DNA of 64,000 nucleotides from an uncultured Candidatus Saccharibacteria bacterium (GCA_964423885.1 CAYRGD010000002.1:82128-146127); one strand, 5' to 3'. Counted from the stretch's first letter, positions 37,951 through 47,528 are shown. Notes: generated from the sequence alone by a model not told the origin. Program-made: numbers and translations.

Positions 37951-39931
37951 CCCGCCCGTCTACTCGCTGGAAACACCGGTCGTCGCGCTGCCGAAAGTCG
38001 GCCCGGCGATCGCGGCCAGACTGGGAAAGCTCGGGATCCGGACGGTCCGTGACCTGCTCATGCACTGGCCGCGCACATGGCTCGACCTGACAACGCCGAC
38101 GCCGGTCGCGGCGCTGGTGGGCGGAACGGTCGCCGTGGTCGACGGCACGTTGTCCGACCTGCAGTTCGACCCGCCGATCGCGAAGCGGCGGGCACGTGTC
38201 ACAGGAGTCGTGACCGACGCTGCCGGCGATTCGCTGCCGGTGGTGTGGCACAACCAGTCGTTTTTGCGCCGGGCCCTTGCTAACGGCCAGCATTGGCTGT
38301 TCGTCGGGCCCCTGCGCTGGAGCTTCCAGGACAAAGCCTGGATCCTGTCGAATCCTGCCCGCGCGACGGAACCGGCAGTGTTGCCGGTCTATCCGGAAAC
38401 CGAAGGTATCTCATCGGCGTTCCTGCGCGGCCTTGTCGGGGCGGTGTTGCCGGTGTGCACGCTGCCGAGCGCCGTCGATGATGCCGGTGCCGATCCGGCG
38501 CTGTCCACGGTTGCGGCGGCGATCGAAGCCGTCCATCGGCCGGTATCGGTGGCCGCTGCCAGGCAGGCGAAGCAGCGGCTGGCACTCGACGAGCTGGCCT
38601 GTTTGCAGTTCGAGCTTATCCGCGAGCACGAGCGGTCGGGCGACTCTGTCGCGGTGCCAATCGTTCCTGATCTCGCCGGCGTCAAAACGTTGGTTGGCCG
38701 GTTGCCGTTCCCGCTTACTGCCGACCAACGCCGATCCGGGTGGGCGATCATGCGGCAATTCGAATCAGCAGTCCCGCAGCGACACCTCTTGCAAGGCGAC
38801 GTGGGCACCGGTAAGACCGTGGTCGGGCTATTGGCAGCGTATTCCGCACTCGTTGCCGGACGCCCGGTGTTCTGGATGGCACCAACCCAGTTATTAGCCC
38901 GCCAACTCAAGGATCGCCTCGAGGCGTTGCTCGTTGGCACCGGCATCCCGGTCGAGCTGGTTCTCGGCCAGTCGCACGCGAACGCGCCGGACGGCGGCGT
39001 GTTGTTCGTAGGAACACAGGCACTACTAGGACTCAAGGTTCAGCCTGCGCTCGTGGTCGTCGATGAGCAGCATCGGTTCGGAGTGGCCCAGCAGCAAGCC
39101 TTGCTCGGTAGCGGCGCCCACCTCTTAGCCATGAGCGCGACGCCGATTCCGCGGGCGCTCCTGTTGGCGCTCTACGACCAACAGACATGTTCCCAGCTCC
39201 GGATCCGCCCGGCGATGCAGCAGCCTGTCCGAACACGCCTCATTTCCGAGATGGAACGCGCCGCTGCAGTCCAGGCGCTTCGTGAGGCGGTGGGGCGTGG
39301 CGAGCAGGGGTTCGTGATCGTGCCACGGATCGAGGGCGCTAGCGACGGTACCGATACCGGTCCGACGCTTGTTGAGATACTGGCGACGTACGAGGCGGCG
39401 CTTCCAAGCGTGCGGATCGCCGCTTATCATGGCCAACTGCCGCGGGCCGACCAGGAGCGGATCATGGAAGCGTTCGTCGGCCACTCAATCGATATCCTGG
39501 TCGCGACCTCGGTCGTCGAGGTCGGTCTCGACGTTCCGAATGCTACGGTAATGGTGATCGAACAGGCGGCGTGGTTCGGGTTGGCCCAACTCCACCAACT
39601 CCGTGGCCGGATCGGGCGCGGATCGGGCGCGGGCACGTGCATCGTCCTGGCCGCCGCCGATGATCCGAACGACCGTCTCAACGCCTTCTGCGCCTCGTCC
39701 GACGGGTTCGAGCTGGCAGCGATCGATCTGAAGCTCCGCGGGCCGGGCGACTTGTTGGGCGAGTTGCAGGCCGGCTGGGGTCGGATGAAACTCGCGGACG
39801 TGACTGATCTGCCGATGATTATCCGGTCGCGGGTGATCGCCCAAGAGATTGTCCGCGCTCGGCCGGCATCCCTCGAAGCCTGGCGATCAGCGTACCGCTA
39901 TATCACGGGTGAGGACGACGATGCGGCTTGA
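37865..39931 (+). CDS. recG: ATP-dependent DNA helicase RecG
   Basis: LQGDVGTGKT, MAPT, DEQHRFGV, MSATPIPR, VGLDVPNA, QLHQLRGRIGRG and RGPG; start uncertain (86-nt overlap with the upstream gene). Confidence 0.92.
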   Translation: MPRRRASNQATTASPQAKERVPRPARAISPPVYSLETPVVALPKVGPAIAARLGKLGIRTVRDLLMHWPRTWLDLTTPTPVAALVGGTVAVVDGTLSDLQFDPPIAKRRARVTGVVTDAAGDSLPVVWHNQSFLRRALANGQHWLFVGPLRWSFQDKAWILSNPARATEPAVLPVYPETEGISSAFLRGLVGAVLPVCTLPSAVDDAGADPALSTVAAAIEAVHRPVSVAAARQAKQRLALDELACLQFELIREHERSGDSVAVPIVPDLAGVKTLVGRLPFPLTADQRRSGWAIMRQFESAVPQRHLLQGDVGTGKTVVGLLAAYSALVAGRPVFWMAPTQLLARQLKDRLEALLVGTGIPVELVLGQSHANAPDGGVLFVGTQALLGLKVQPALVVVDEQHRFGVAQQQALLGSGAHLLAMSATPIPRALLLALYDQQTCSQLRIRPAMQQPVRTRLISEMERAAAVQALREAVGRGEQGFVIVPRIEGASDGTDTGPTLVEILATYEAALPSVRIAAYHGQLPRADQERIMEAFVGHSIDILVATSVVEVGLDVPNATVMVIEQAAWFGLAQLHQLRGRIGRGSGAGTCIVLAAADDPNDRLNAFCASSDGFELAAIDLKLRGPGDLLGELQAGWGRMKLADVTDLPMIIRSRVIAQEIVRARPASLEAWRSAYRYITGEDDDAA

Positions 39932-40391
39932 TCTGGATGCAATCCGGGCGTACCGCTGGCCGATCGGGATGGGCTTCCTTGCGCTGGCTGGCGTGAGCGC
40001 CTTCGTCCTTGTGCGGGAATTCGGCTACCTGCCGTCGGCGACCGCGGCCGGACGGCCCGATCAGGCGACGCTCCAGGCGCTCGAACAGCTGCAGCAGGAT
40101 AAGAACGCGCTCCAAGCGAAAGTATCCGCTTTGGAAGCGTCCACGACGGGTGTGCCAACGGCCGCTGCGGCATCGGCCGGCGCCGAGGCGACATCGCTCG
40201 TCAACATTAATACGGCCGGGGAGAGCCAGCTCGAGACGTTGCCCGGCATCGGTCCGTCCAAAGCGAAAGCGATCATCGACTACCGGACCTCCCACGGCCC
40301 GTTCACGTCACCAAAATCTATTACGAACGTGAAAGGAATAGGCAAAAGCACCTACGAGAAATTAGCACCGCTCATTACCGTCGGTCCGTAA
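39921..40391 (+). CDS. comEA: ComEA DNA receptor (TM + coiled coil + HhH)
   Basis: VNINTA...LPGIGPSKAKAIIDYR...VKGIG. Confidence 0.92.
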   Translation: MRLDLDAIRAYRWPIGMGFLALAGVSAFVLVREFGYLPSATAAGRPDQATLQALEQLQQDKNALQAKVSALEASTTGVPTAAAASAGAEATSLVNINTAGESQLETLPGIGPSKAKAIIDYRTSHGPFTSPKSITNVKGIGKSTYEKLAPLITVGP

Positions 40392-40433
40392 CGGATATGG
40401 TATGCTTACAGGGCGTCGAGGTAGCGGCAGCAC

Positions 40434-40520
40434 GTCGAAGTGGCGGAACTGGCAGACGCGCAGGGTTTAGGACCCTGTGTCCGCAAGGACGTGTGGGTTC
40501 GATTCCCACCTTCGGCACCA
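40434..40520 (+). tRNA. tRNA-Leu(TAG)
   Basis: Anticodon arm CAGGG-TTTAGGA-CCCTG, long variable arm, encoded CCA. Confidence 0.95.
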
Positions 40521-40525
40521 TCCCT

Positions 40526-41455
40526 ATGCAGCACATCGTTTTCGCGATCTCCGGCCCGACTGGCAGCGGTAAGACCGAGTGGGGGATCAAGCTCGCCGCG
40601 GAATGCAACGGCGCCGTGATCGCCGCCGATTCGCGCACCGTCTACCGCGGCCTCGACATCGGCACCAATAAGGCGACCTACGAACTGCCCCATACCGCCC
40701 GACAGACGCCGTTGGGGCCGGTCTACCGGATACAGGGCGTCGACCACTACGGCCTCGACCTGTGTGACCCGTCCATGCAATTCACTGCCGCTGATTTCCA
40801 GACGTTCGCGCTCCGTGCCATCGACGAAATCGGGCGGCAAGGCAAGCTCCCGATCCTGGTCGGTGGCACCGGTCTCTATATCCAATCCGTCCTTGACGGC
40901 TACCAGTTCCCTGCAAGAGCCGTGTTGCCCGACCGGTGGCGGCACCGGTCCACCGAAGAGCTGCTGCAGGAGCTTGTCTTATGGGACGCGGCGTCGGCGG
41001 AGCGCATCGATCCGAAGAACCGCGCCAGGGTTGAACGTGCGCTCGCCCATGCATTCCAGACCGGCCAGAGTTTTCGGGGCGCGCAACAGAAACGGCCACC
41101 GGCGTTCGCATGGCAACTCTTCGTGATCGATCCCGATCCGGCAGACCTTGCGCGCCGTCTTGCCGGCCGCATCGACCGCTGGCTCGACGACGGGCTGCTC
41201 GATGAGGTGCGCACCCTGCGCGCCGCCGGTATTCCGGACGAGCGGCTCCGTTCCTTCGGATTCATGTACAGCGCCAGCCTCGACCGTATCCTAGGCGCGA
41301 TCGACGAATCGCTGTTTCGTCGACGGCTCGCAGCCGACCTGCGTAGCTTCACGAAACGACAGTTGACCTGGTGGCGGCGCCATCCGAAGGCGCAGTTCGT
41401 ACGCCGCTATGCGGATATGGCGAAGGCCGTGAAGCAGAGCCTGAAGCGTCCATAA
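40526..41455 (+). CDS. miaA: tRNA dimethylallyltransferase
   Basis: GPTGSGKT, ADSRTVYRGLDIGT, VGGTGLY and KRQLTW; starts 5 nt after the tRNA. Confidence 0.93.
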   Translation: MQHIVFAISGPTGSGKTEWGIKLAAECNGAVIAADSRTVYRGLDIGTNKATYELPHTARQTPLGPVYRIQGVDHYGLDLCDPSMQFTAADFQTFALRAIDEIGRQGKLPILVGGTGLYIQSVLDGYQFPARAVLPDRWRHRSTEELLQELVLWDAASAERIDPKNRARVERALAHAFQTGQSFRGAQQKRPPAFAWQLFVIDPDPADLARRLAGRIDRWLDDGLLDEVRTLRAAGIPDERLRSFGFMYSASLDRILGAIDESLFRRRLAADLRSFTKRQLTWWRRHPKAQFVRRYADMAKAVKQSLKRP

Positions 41456-41470
41456 GAGGGTAGGAGGGAA

Positions 41471-42979
41471 ATGCTTGCCACTGTCCGCTCCTTCGCCATC
41501 GTCGGTTTAAGTGCCGAGCCGGTGATCGTTGAGGTCGATCTTGCCCAAGGCTTGCCGGGCCTCGTGATCGTGGGCCTGCCCGACAAGGCGGTTGAGGAAG
41601 CGAAGGAACGGGTGCGCAGCGCGATTACCAATGCCGGGGCCCGTTTCCCGCTGCGCAGGATTACTGTCAATATGGCACCGGCCGATCTCAAGAAGACCGG
41701 CCCTGGGTTCGACGTAGCGATTGCGCTCGGGATCCTTGCGAGCGACGGGCAGATCCCGGTTGCGCAGGCGGATACGGCATTCGTCGGCGAGCTGGCATTG
41801 AACGGTGACCTTCGTCCTGTAACCGGCGTTCTTGCTATGGCCATGGCCGCAGCCGGGCGCGGCATCCGTACACTAGTCGTTCCCATAACGAACGTGGCCG
41901 AGGCGGCGGTGGTCGAGGGGCTGACGGTCTTGGGTGCTGCATCGCTCACGCAGCTCGCCGCCCATCTGGCCGGTACGGATACGTTGTCTCCGGCAACGCA
42001 CATCGCTCCCGAGCCGGTCCGAGCCTTGGCCGGTGCCGATTTCGCTGACGTGAAGGGCCAGGTCCAGGCAAAGCGGGCGCTCGAGATCGCTGCGGCGGGC
42101 GGCCACAACCTGCTTATGAGCGGGCCGCCCGGATCGGGTAAGACGTTACTTGCCAAGGCCTTCGCGGGTATCCTGCCGCCGCTCACGCAAGACGAGATAC
42201 TCGAAGTCACGAAGATCCATAGCGTCGCGGGTACGCTGCCGCCCGAGACGGGGCTTGTCACTGCCCGGCCGATCCGCATGCCCCACCACACCGCCAGCGC
42301 GATCGCCATGATCGGCGGCGGCGCTTGGCCTCGGCCCGGAGAAATTTCGCTCGCCCACCGCGGGGTCCTCTTCCTCGACGAGTTGCCCGAGTTTCCTCGG
42401 TCGGTACTCGAAGTGCTCCGCCAGCCGCTTGAAGACGGCGTTATCACGATTTCCCGCGCCCAGGGATCTCTGCAGTTTCCGGCCAAGTTCCTGTTGCTTG
42501 CCGCCCAGAACCCTTGCCCGTGCGGCCGGCTGGGGACGCCCCAGTGCACATGCACGCCGACCCAGGTGCTACGGTACGAGCGCCGGCTGTCCGGGCCGTT
42601 CCTCGACCGTATCGACCTGCGTGTCCACGTACCAGCCGTGGCATTCGACGAGCTCGTGGGAGCAGGGAGCGGCGAACGGTCGGATGCAGTTCGGGAGCGG
42701 GTGGTCCGGGCGCGTACGCGGCAACACCGCAGGGCCGGCGGCCCGGCCCGATCGAATGCCGAGCTTACGAACGCGCAGCTTGCAGCGGCCGTCGTTCTCG
42801 ATCCCAATGCACAGGCATTACTGCGCCAGGCCGTGGCGCAGTACCAGCTGTCGGCACGGGTGTACCACCGCATCCTCAAAGTGGCGCGCACGATCGCCGA
42901 TCTTGCCGACAGCGACGATGTGCATGTGCCGCACGTGGCCGAGGCGTTGCAGTACCGCGCGAAGCCGTCGGTTGCTTGA
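41471..42979 (+). CDS. comM: ComM/YifB AAA+ ATPase
   Basis: VGLPD, NMAPADLKK, GPPGSGKT, PHHTAS, LAHRGVLFLDE and NPCPCG. Confidence 0.95.
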   Translation: MLATVRSFAIVGLSAEPVIVEVDLAQGLPGLVIVGLPDKAVEEAKERVRSAITNAGARFPLRRITVNMAPADLKKTGPGFDVAIALGILASDGQIPVAQADTAFVGELALNGDLRPVTGVLAMAMAAAGRGIRTLVVPITNVAEAAVVEGLTVLGAASLTQLAAHLAGTDTLSPATHIAPEPVRALAGADFADVKGQVQAKRALEIAAAGGHNLLMSGPPGSGKTLLAKAFAGILPPLTQDEILEVTKIHSVAGTLPPETGLVTARPIRMPHHTASAIAMIGGGAWPRPGEISLAHRGVLFLDELPEFPRSVLEVLRQPLEDGVITISRAQGSLQFPAKFLLLAAQNPCPCGRLGTPQCTCTPTQVLRYERRLSGPFLDRIDLRVHVPAVAFDELVGAGSGERSDAVRERVVRARTRQHRRAGGPARSNAELTNAQLAAAVVLDPNAQALLRQAVAQYQLSARVYHRILKVARTIADLADSDDVHVPHVAEALQYRAKPSVA

Positions 42980-43004
42980 CAGGAGTGGGGATGAGCGGTA
43001 CCAT
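42976..43004 (+). promoter_or_regulatory. Sigma70 promoter TTGACA-17-TACCAT
   Basis: Upstream of the small ORF and the pseudouridine synthase. Confidence 0.65.
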
Positions 43005-43015
43005 GCAGCGTTCAT

Positions 43016-43189
43016 ATGATACACGGACGTTTCATGACTATCGCTACCGAAACCCGGATCATGCTTTCGATGCTGGCACTGTCGCTGGTAGTCGTCGCGT
43101 TGGCATACACGTACCGTATCACCGTGACGGATCACCGCTATGACCGACCGTTCACCGCAGCCGCCGCTACGTTCGATCCGGCTCAATAA
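43016..43189 (+). CDS. Small single-TM protein (57 aa; alternative start 43034)
   Basis: MIHGRFMTIATETRIMLSMLALSLVVVALAYTYRITVTDHRYDRPFTAAAATFDPAQ; below the ORF-track cutoff; follows a consensus promoter. Confidence 0.5.
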   Translation: MIHGRFMTIATETRIMLSMLALSLVVVALAYTYRITVTDHRYDRPFTAAAATFDPAQ

Positions 43190-43904
43190 GGTTATTGCCC
43201 AGGCGACGGGCATCGCCCGCCGGAAAGCGGACGGTCTCATCGAAGCTGGACGGATCGCGGTCAACGGCCGCGTTGTCCGCACCCTTGGAGCGAAAGCCGA
43301 TCCGGCCCGCGATGAGATCCGGTTCGACGGCGAGTTACTCACTGCCCCGCCCGAACCGGTACTCTACCGGTTTTACAAGCCGTCCGGCGTAGTCAGTACA
43401 CTGAGCGACGAGCTCGACCGGCCGTCGCTTGCACAGTACCTTCCCGCCAAGGCAGGCCTCTTCCCGATTGGCCGGCTGGACCGGCAGAGCGAGGGGCTAC
43501 TCCTGCTCACCAACGACGGTGCCTTGGCGCTCCGTCTGGCCCATCCCAGGTACCGCCAACCCAAGGTCTACCGAGTCTGGCTGCACAAGCCTGCTGGGTA
43601 TTCGGTACCGGCGCTCTTGGCCGCGCTCAAGCGTCGCTATATGGTGGCCGGCCGCCATCGGGCGTTCGATGCGGTCGAGTACCGGGGTGCGGAGGACGAG
43701 GCCCTTGTGATGGATGTCACTGTCCACGAAGGCGTGTTCCACGAGGTCAAGCGGCTTGTCGACCGCGCAGGCTATACTGTTGCCCGGCTCTTGCGCCTTT
43801 CCCATGGCCCCGTCGTGCTCGATGACATGAAGCCGGGCGAATTGCGCCAGCTCACTGCCGAGGAGCTGGGGTCAGTCCGCGCTCAGATTGAGCACGCGGC
43901 CTAA
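43140..43904 (+). CDS. rRNA pseudouridine synthase (RsuA/RluB family)
   Basis: S4 domain RLNK...RRKAD, KPSGVV, GRLDRQSEGLLLLTNDG and KVY. Confidence 0.93.
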   Translation: MTDRSPQPPLRSIRLNKVIAQATGIARRKADGLIEAGRIAVNGRVVRTLGAKADPARDEIRFDGELLTAPPEPVLYRFYKPSGVVSTLSDELDRPSLAQYLPAKAGLFPIGRLDRQSEGLLLLTNDGALALRLAHPRYRQPKVYRVWLHKPAGYSVPALLAALKRRYMVAGRHRAFDAVEYRGAEDEALVMDVTVHEGVFHEVKRLVDRAGYTVARLLRLSHGPVVLDDMKPGELRQLTAEELGSVRAQIEHAA

Positions 43905-44135
43905 CTGTTTGGCGACCATGGCGGCGTGCGTGCCGGTATGCATGTAGACCGACGCGCCCGCGAGCACGAGTCCGAGCAAGAGGATGATGAGTCCGACGCG
44001 CCGCAGGTCCGCAACCGGCAGCGGCGACACCGTGCGCAGGGCGTGGGCGGCAACCTGCTGTCCGGCTACGTGAGCCGGGGGCGTTGTGGTTGGGATTTGG
44101 TGGGCGTCAGTGCGCCACCGTCGACGTCGTGCCAT
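43872..44135 (-). CDS. Small single-TM hypothetical protein
   Basis: MARRRR...ADLRRVGLIILLLGLVLAGASVY; fills the gap between genes; the longer ORF version would overlap tRNA-Gly. Confidence 0.55.
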   Translation of the reverse strand: MARRRRWRTDAHQIPTTTPPAHVAGQQVAAHALRTVSPLPVADLRRVGLIILLLGLVLAGASVYMHTGTHAAMVAKQLGRVLNLSAD

Positions 44136-44221
44136 AGATAGGCCGAGTATGCCAGCAGGAAAGAACCGTTGCAAGCGGTGTCCGCACTTGGTAGGATCAG
44201 CCGGCGCATCGGACAGTCGAT

Positions 44222-44296
44222 GCGGGAGTAGTTCAGTAGTAGAACGCTTCCTTGCCAAGGAAGAGGTCGCGGGTGCGAATCCCGTCTCCCGCTCCA
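44222..44296 (+). tRNA. tRNA-Gly(GCC)
   Basis: GCGGGAG acceptor stem, CTTCC-TTGCCAA-GGAAG, U73, CCA; atypical D and T loops. Confidence 0.92.
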
Positions 44297-44316
44297 GACT
44301 TGATGTGAATCGCTAC

Positions 44317-44391
44317 GGCGGCGTAGCCAAGTAGTAAGGCAGAGGTCTGCAAAACCTCTATACGCGGGTGCAATTCCCGCCGTCGCCTCCA
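44317..44391 (+). tRNA. tRNA-Cys(GCA)
   Basis: GAGGT-CTGCAAA-ACCTC, U73, CCA; atypical D and T loops. Confidence 0.92.
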
Positions 44392-44416
44392 GACTGCTCC
44401 GCTCCCGCACGTTCTT

Positions 44417-44641
44417 ATGACCCGCACCCTGCTCATCACTATCATCCAAATCGCGAGCGCCATCGGGCTCATCGCGTTTATTCTCTTGCAGCACCGCGGC
44501 ACCGGCCTCGGCGGAGCTTTCGGCGGCACGGGCAATATGTACCGCAGTAAGCGGGGTGTCGAGCGGATCCTGTTCCGGGGCACGATCGGGCTCGGCGTCT
44601 TATTTGTCGCCGTTTCGCTCTTGTCGGTCCTCCTCCAGTAG
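44417..44641 (+). CDS. secG: Preprotein translocase subunit SecG
   Basis: ILLQHRGTGLGGAFGG...RGVERILFRGT; two TMs. Confidence 0.92.
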   Translation: MTRTLLITIIQIASAIGLIAFILLQHRGTGLGGAFGGTGNMYRSKRGVERILFRGTIGLGVLFVAVSLLSVLLQ

Positions 44642-44671
44642 CCGCCTAGCAGGCGGGGCAGCAGGGAGCGT

Positions 44672-45997
44672 ATGGTTCGTCAACTTGCCCGTCTTTTGAC
44701 CCAGGCCGAACGGCGCCTGCTACTCCTGCTCGGCATCGCCGCGCTCGGGGCGGCGGCCAGCATCGGGCATGCGGCCTGGCTGCAATCAACTATCGCCGTT
44801 CCTGCCTATGGCGGACGGTATACCGAAGGGATCGTGGCCTCATCGGTCACCGACATCACGCCGTCGCTCAACGTACTGACGAACGTGGGGTTTACGGTGA
44901 TCGGAACGGACGGGCAGTTGGCTCCGGCCGCAGCTGAGAGCTGGCAGGTCAGTGACGACGGCAAAACGTACACGTTCGTGATGCGTCCGGAGCTGTCCGA
45001 CGACACGGTCAAAACGGCGCTGGCCGACAACCAACGGCTCTTTCCCGACATCACGATCGATACCTCGGGTGACCACCGGGTGGTATTCCAGCTGACACAA
45101 GCGTTCGCCCCGTTTCTGGCCACGACGGCCGAGCCGATCTTTCCTGTCGGACCGTTCGTGATCGCCAGCCAGGAAAAGGGAATCGTACGGCTGGAAGCCC
45201 GCTCTGACGCGCTCCTCGGCCGTCCGTTCCTTAATGAGATCAACCTGCGCGTATATACCGACAGCTTCAGCCTGACGAAGGCACTGGCCTCGGGCGATAT
45301 CGACGGCGTCGCCGACGTGGCCTCGGTCGAAAACAAGCTGCTGCTCGACCGTCTGTCGGTCTTTTCCATGCCGCTCCCGCGCAAGCTCTACGTCTTTTTC
45401 AATACCGCCCGCGACGCGGTCAAGGACGCCGCAGTCCGTACGAAGTTGCGCGACGGCGAGGCGCTCGGGACGCCCGTCACGCTCAAGCTCGTGACGCTTG
45501 CGAGCCCCAAGAACGAACAATTGGCTGCCGAGCTCACTCGCCAGTGGGAGCCGCTCGGCGTGACGATCCAACTCGAGACGCGCACCGCGACCGAACTTGC
45601 CCAAACGGTTATTCCCACTCGCGACTACGACCTGCTCATCTACGGCCTCGACTTCGGCGGCGATCCCGACCCGTACCCGTTCTGGCACTCGTCCCAGATT
45701 TCCGAGAAGGGGCTCAACTTGTCGAACTACGCCCAGATCGATGCCGACCGGTTGTTGGAAAAAGCCCGCCAAGAAAGCGACGGCGCGAAGCGGGCCGACC
45801 TGTACGCGCAATTCCAGACCATTTTCGACCGTGACGTCCCGGCTATCGAGCTCGAACAGGTGACCGCCCAGTTCGCGACCGACGCGAAACTGAAGGGCGT
45901 TGCCGTCCATGCGGCGCTGTCTCTGGCCAACCGGTTCGATTCGGCCGCCAGTTGGTACCGGAAGGAGAAACGGGTTCGACAATCCGACCAGCAATAG
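44672..45997 (+). CDS. Family-5 (peptide/nickel) ABC solute-binding-like protein
   Basis: GGRYTEG, AESWQVSDDGKTYTF, DPDPYPFWHSSQ and NLSNY. Confidence 0.85.
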   Translation: MVRQLARLLTQAERRLLLLLGIAALGAAASIGHAAWLQSTIAVPAYGGRYTEGIVASSVTDITPSLNVLTNVGFTVIGTDGQLAPAAAESWQVSDDGKTYTFVMRPELSDDTVKTALADNQRLFPDITIDTSGDHRVVFQLTQAFAPFLATTAEPIFPVGPFVIASQEKGIVRLEARSDALLGRPFLNEINLRVYTDSFSLTKALASGDIDGVADVASVENKLLLDRLSVFSMPLPRKLYVFFNTARDAVKDAAVRTKLRDGEALGTPVTLKLVTLASPKNEQLAAELTRQWEPLGVTIQLETRTATELAQTVIPTRDYDLLIYGLDFGGDPDPYPFWHSSQISEKGLNLSNYAQIDADRLLEKARQESDGAKRADLYAQFQTIFDRDVPAIELEQVTAQFATDAKLKGVAVHAALSLANRFDSAASWYRKEKRVRQSDQQ

Positions 45998-46016
45998 GTA
46001 GGCTATCCAGTATCGT

Positions 46017-46102
46017 GGGCGAGTGGCGAAATGGCAGACGCGCTAGCTTCAGGAGCTAGTGAGAGCAATCTCGTGGAGGTTCGACTCCTCTCTCGCCCAC
46101 CA
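46017..46102 (+). tRNA. tRNA-Leu(CAG)
   Basis: CTAGC-TTCAGGA-GCTAG, long variable arm, CCA. Confidence 0.95.
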
Positions 46103-46115
46103 TAATAGAACTCGT

Positions 46116-46775
46116 ATGAATAAACACGCCTTAAAACAAACTCTTCTCATTTACGCAGGTATCATGCTTGCGTGGACGTTGGCGTGGTGGCTCAAAGTTT
46201 CTATCATTGACGCGCAGTTTCCGTGGCTCACGACGAGCGCTGGCAGTTTCGTGTGGTGGACGATTGCAAAAGTATTGATTTGGATACTGCCCGCGATTTG
46301 GCTTATTCGCCTGTCTGGACGCACACTGAAAGAAACGTTCAACTTCGGCAACTGGAAAGGGGTTCTCGCGTGGGGTGGCGGTATCGGTCTGGCTATCGCA
46401 CTGACTGGATTTATTCCCGCATACTTGAACGGAAGCCCGCTTCTGCCAACCTCGTGGAGTATTCCGCTTTTCAGTATTCTCTTTATCGCGCCTACTTTTG
46501 AGGAATTTTTGGCTCGCGGTGCTTTGCTTGGCAATCTGGAAAAGGGCGTATCATTTTGGATAGCCAATATCATTTCCGCGCTCATGTTCGTTGGCATGCA
46601 TATACCCGGCTGGTATTTCATGGGAACATTCGCGGAGAATATGACGCGACCAGTCGGCGGCGCACTTTCCATTTTTGTGCTTGGTCTTGCATTTGGCTAC
46701 GCGGCACACAAAAGCCGTTCAGTTATGGGTGGTATGCTCGCGCACTTCCTCAATAACGTTGCGCCGAACGCATAA
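46116..46775 (+). CDS. CPBP (Abi/CAAX) family intramembrane metalloprotease
   Basis: APTFEEFLARG, FVGMH and AHFLNN. Confidence 0.9.
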   Translation: MNKHALKQTLLIYAGIMLAWTLAWWLKVSIIDAQFPWLTTSAGSFVWWTIAKVLIWILPAIWLIRLSGRTLKETFNFGNWKGVLAWGGGIGLAIALTGFIPAYLNGSPLLPTSWSIPLFSILFIAPTFEEFLARGALLGNLEKGVSFWIANIISALMFVGMHIPGWYFMGTFAENMTRPVGGALSIFVLGLAFGYAAHKSRSVMGGMLAHFLNNVAPNA

Positions 46776-46795
46776 GAAGGAACGCCCTTAGCATT

Positions 46796-47326
46796 ATGAG
46801 TACTAAGACCACTGACAAATATGCAAACCGGAAGTACAACATCGAAGCCTATGATCCGGCATGGAAGGAACGTTTTGATGCCGAGGCTGGGCAGCTACGC
46901 CCGGTGTTCGGGGAATCCCTGCGTGCCATTGAACACGTTGGCAGTACGTCGGTTCCGGGTCTGGCGGGCAAGCCGACGATCGACATCCTTGTTACGATGA
47001 ATAGTATTCATGAGGCTGACGCGCTTTCTCGACAGATTGAAGCACTCGGGTACACCGCACTTGGCGACTACATCAATCAAGGATCGCGTTTGTTTGCGAA
47101 AGAGCGGGACAATACCCGCTTCGTCAACCTGCACGTATTCGAAGCTGCCAGTCCAAAAGTCGCTGCGATGCTGAAGTTACGCGATTACTTCCGAAACCAC
47201 CCCGCCGTAGTCGCAGAGTATAGCCAGCTGAAACTCGACTTATTTCATAGATATCCGAACGATTATGCCTCGTACCGCAAATACAAGGATGAATGGATGG
47301 AGGAGATAAAGAAGCAGATCGAATAG
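46796..47326 (+). CDS. GrpB family nucleotidyltransferase-fold protein
   Basis: YDPAW, IEHVGSTSVPGLAGKPTIDI, HVF and RDYFR. Confidence 0.9.
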   Translation: MSTKTTDKYANRKYNIEAYDPAWKERFDAEAGQLRPVFGESLRAIEHVGSTSVPGLAGKPTIDILVTMNSIHEADALSRQIEALGYTALGDYINQGSRLFAKERDNTRFVNLHVFEAASPKVAAMLKLRDYFRNHPAVVAEYSQLKLDLFHRYPNDYASYRKYKDEWMEEIKKQIE

Positions 47327-47327
47327 C

Positions 47328-47359
47328 AAAAAAAAAGACAACCATTGCGTTGTCTTTTT
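47328..47359. terminator. Bidirectional intrinsic terminator
   Basis: A-run, GACAAC-CATTGC-GTTGTC, T-run. Confidence 0.8.
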
Positions 47360-47361
47360 AC

Positions 47362-47436
47362 TGGTGCCTGGGGTCAGAATCGAACTGACGACACGAGGCT
47401 CTTCAGGCCACTGCTCTACCACTGAGCTACCCAGGC
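47362..47436 (-). tRNA. tRNA-Phe(GAA)
   Basis: Loop CTGAAGA, GTTCGATT, CCA. Confidence 0.93.
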
Positions 47437-47445
47437 GTACGGTGC

Positions 47446-47522
47446 TGGTGGATCCACTCCGATTCGAACGGAGGACCTTCTCGGTGTAAACGAGACGCTC
47501 TAGCCAGCTGAGCTATGGATCC
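47446..47522 (-). tRNA. tRNA-Val(TAC)
   Basis: TCTCG-TTTACAC-CGAGA, CCA. Confidence 0.95.
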
Positions 47523-47528
47523 GGGTCT

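Noticed and set aside
40397-40525. miaA N-terminal extension
   Set aside because: Reads through tRNA-Leu; the true start is 40526
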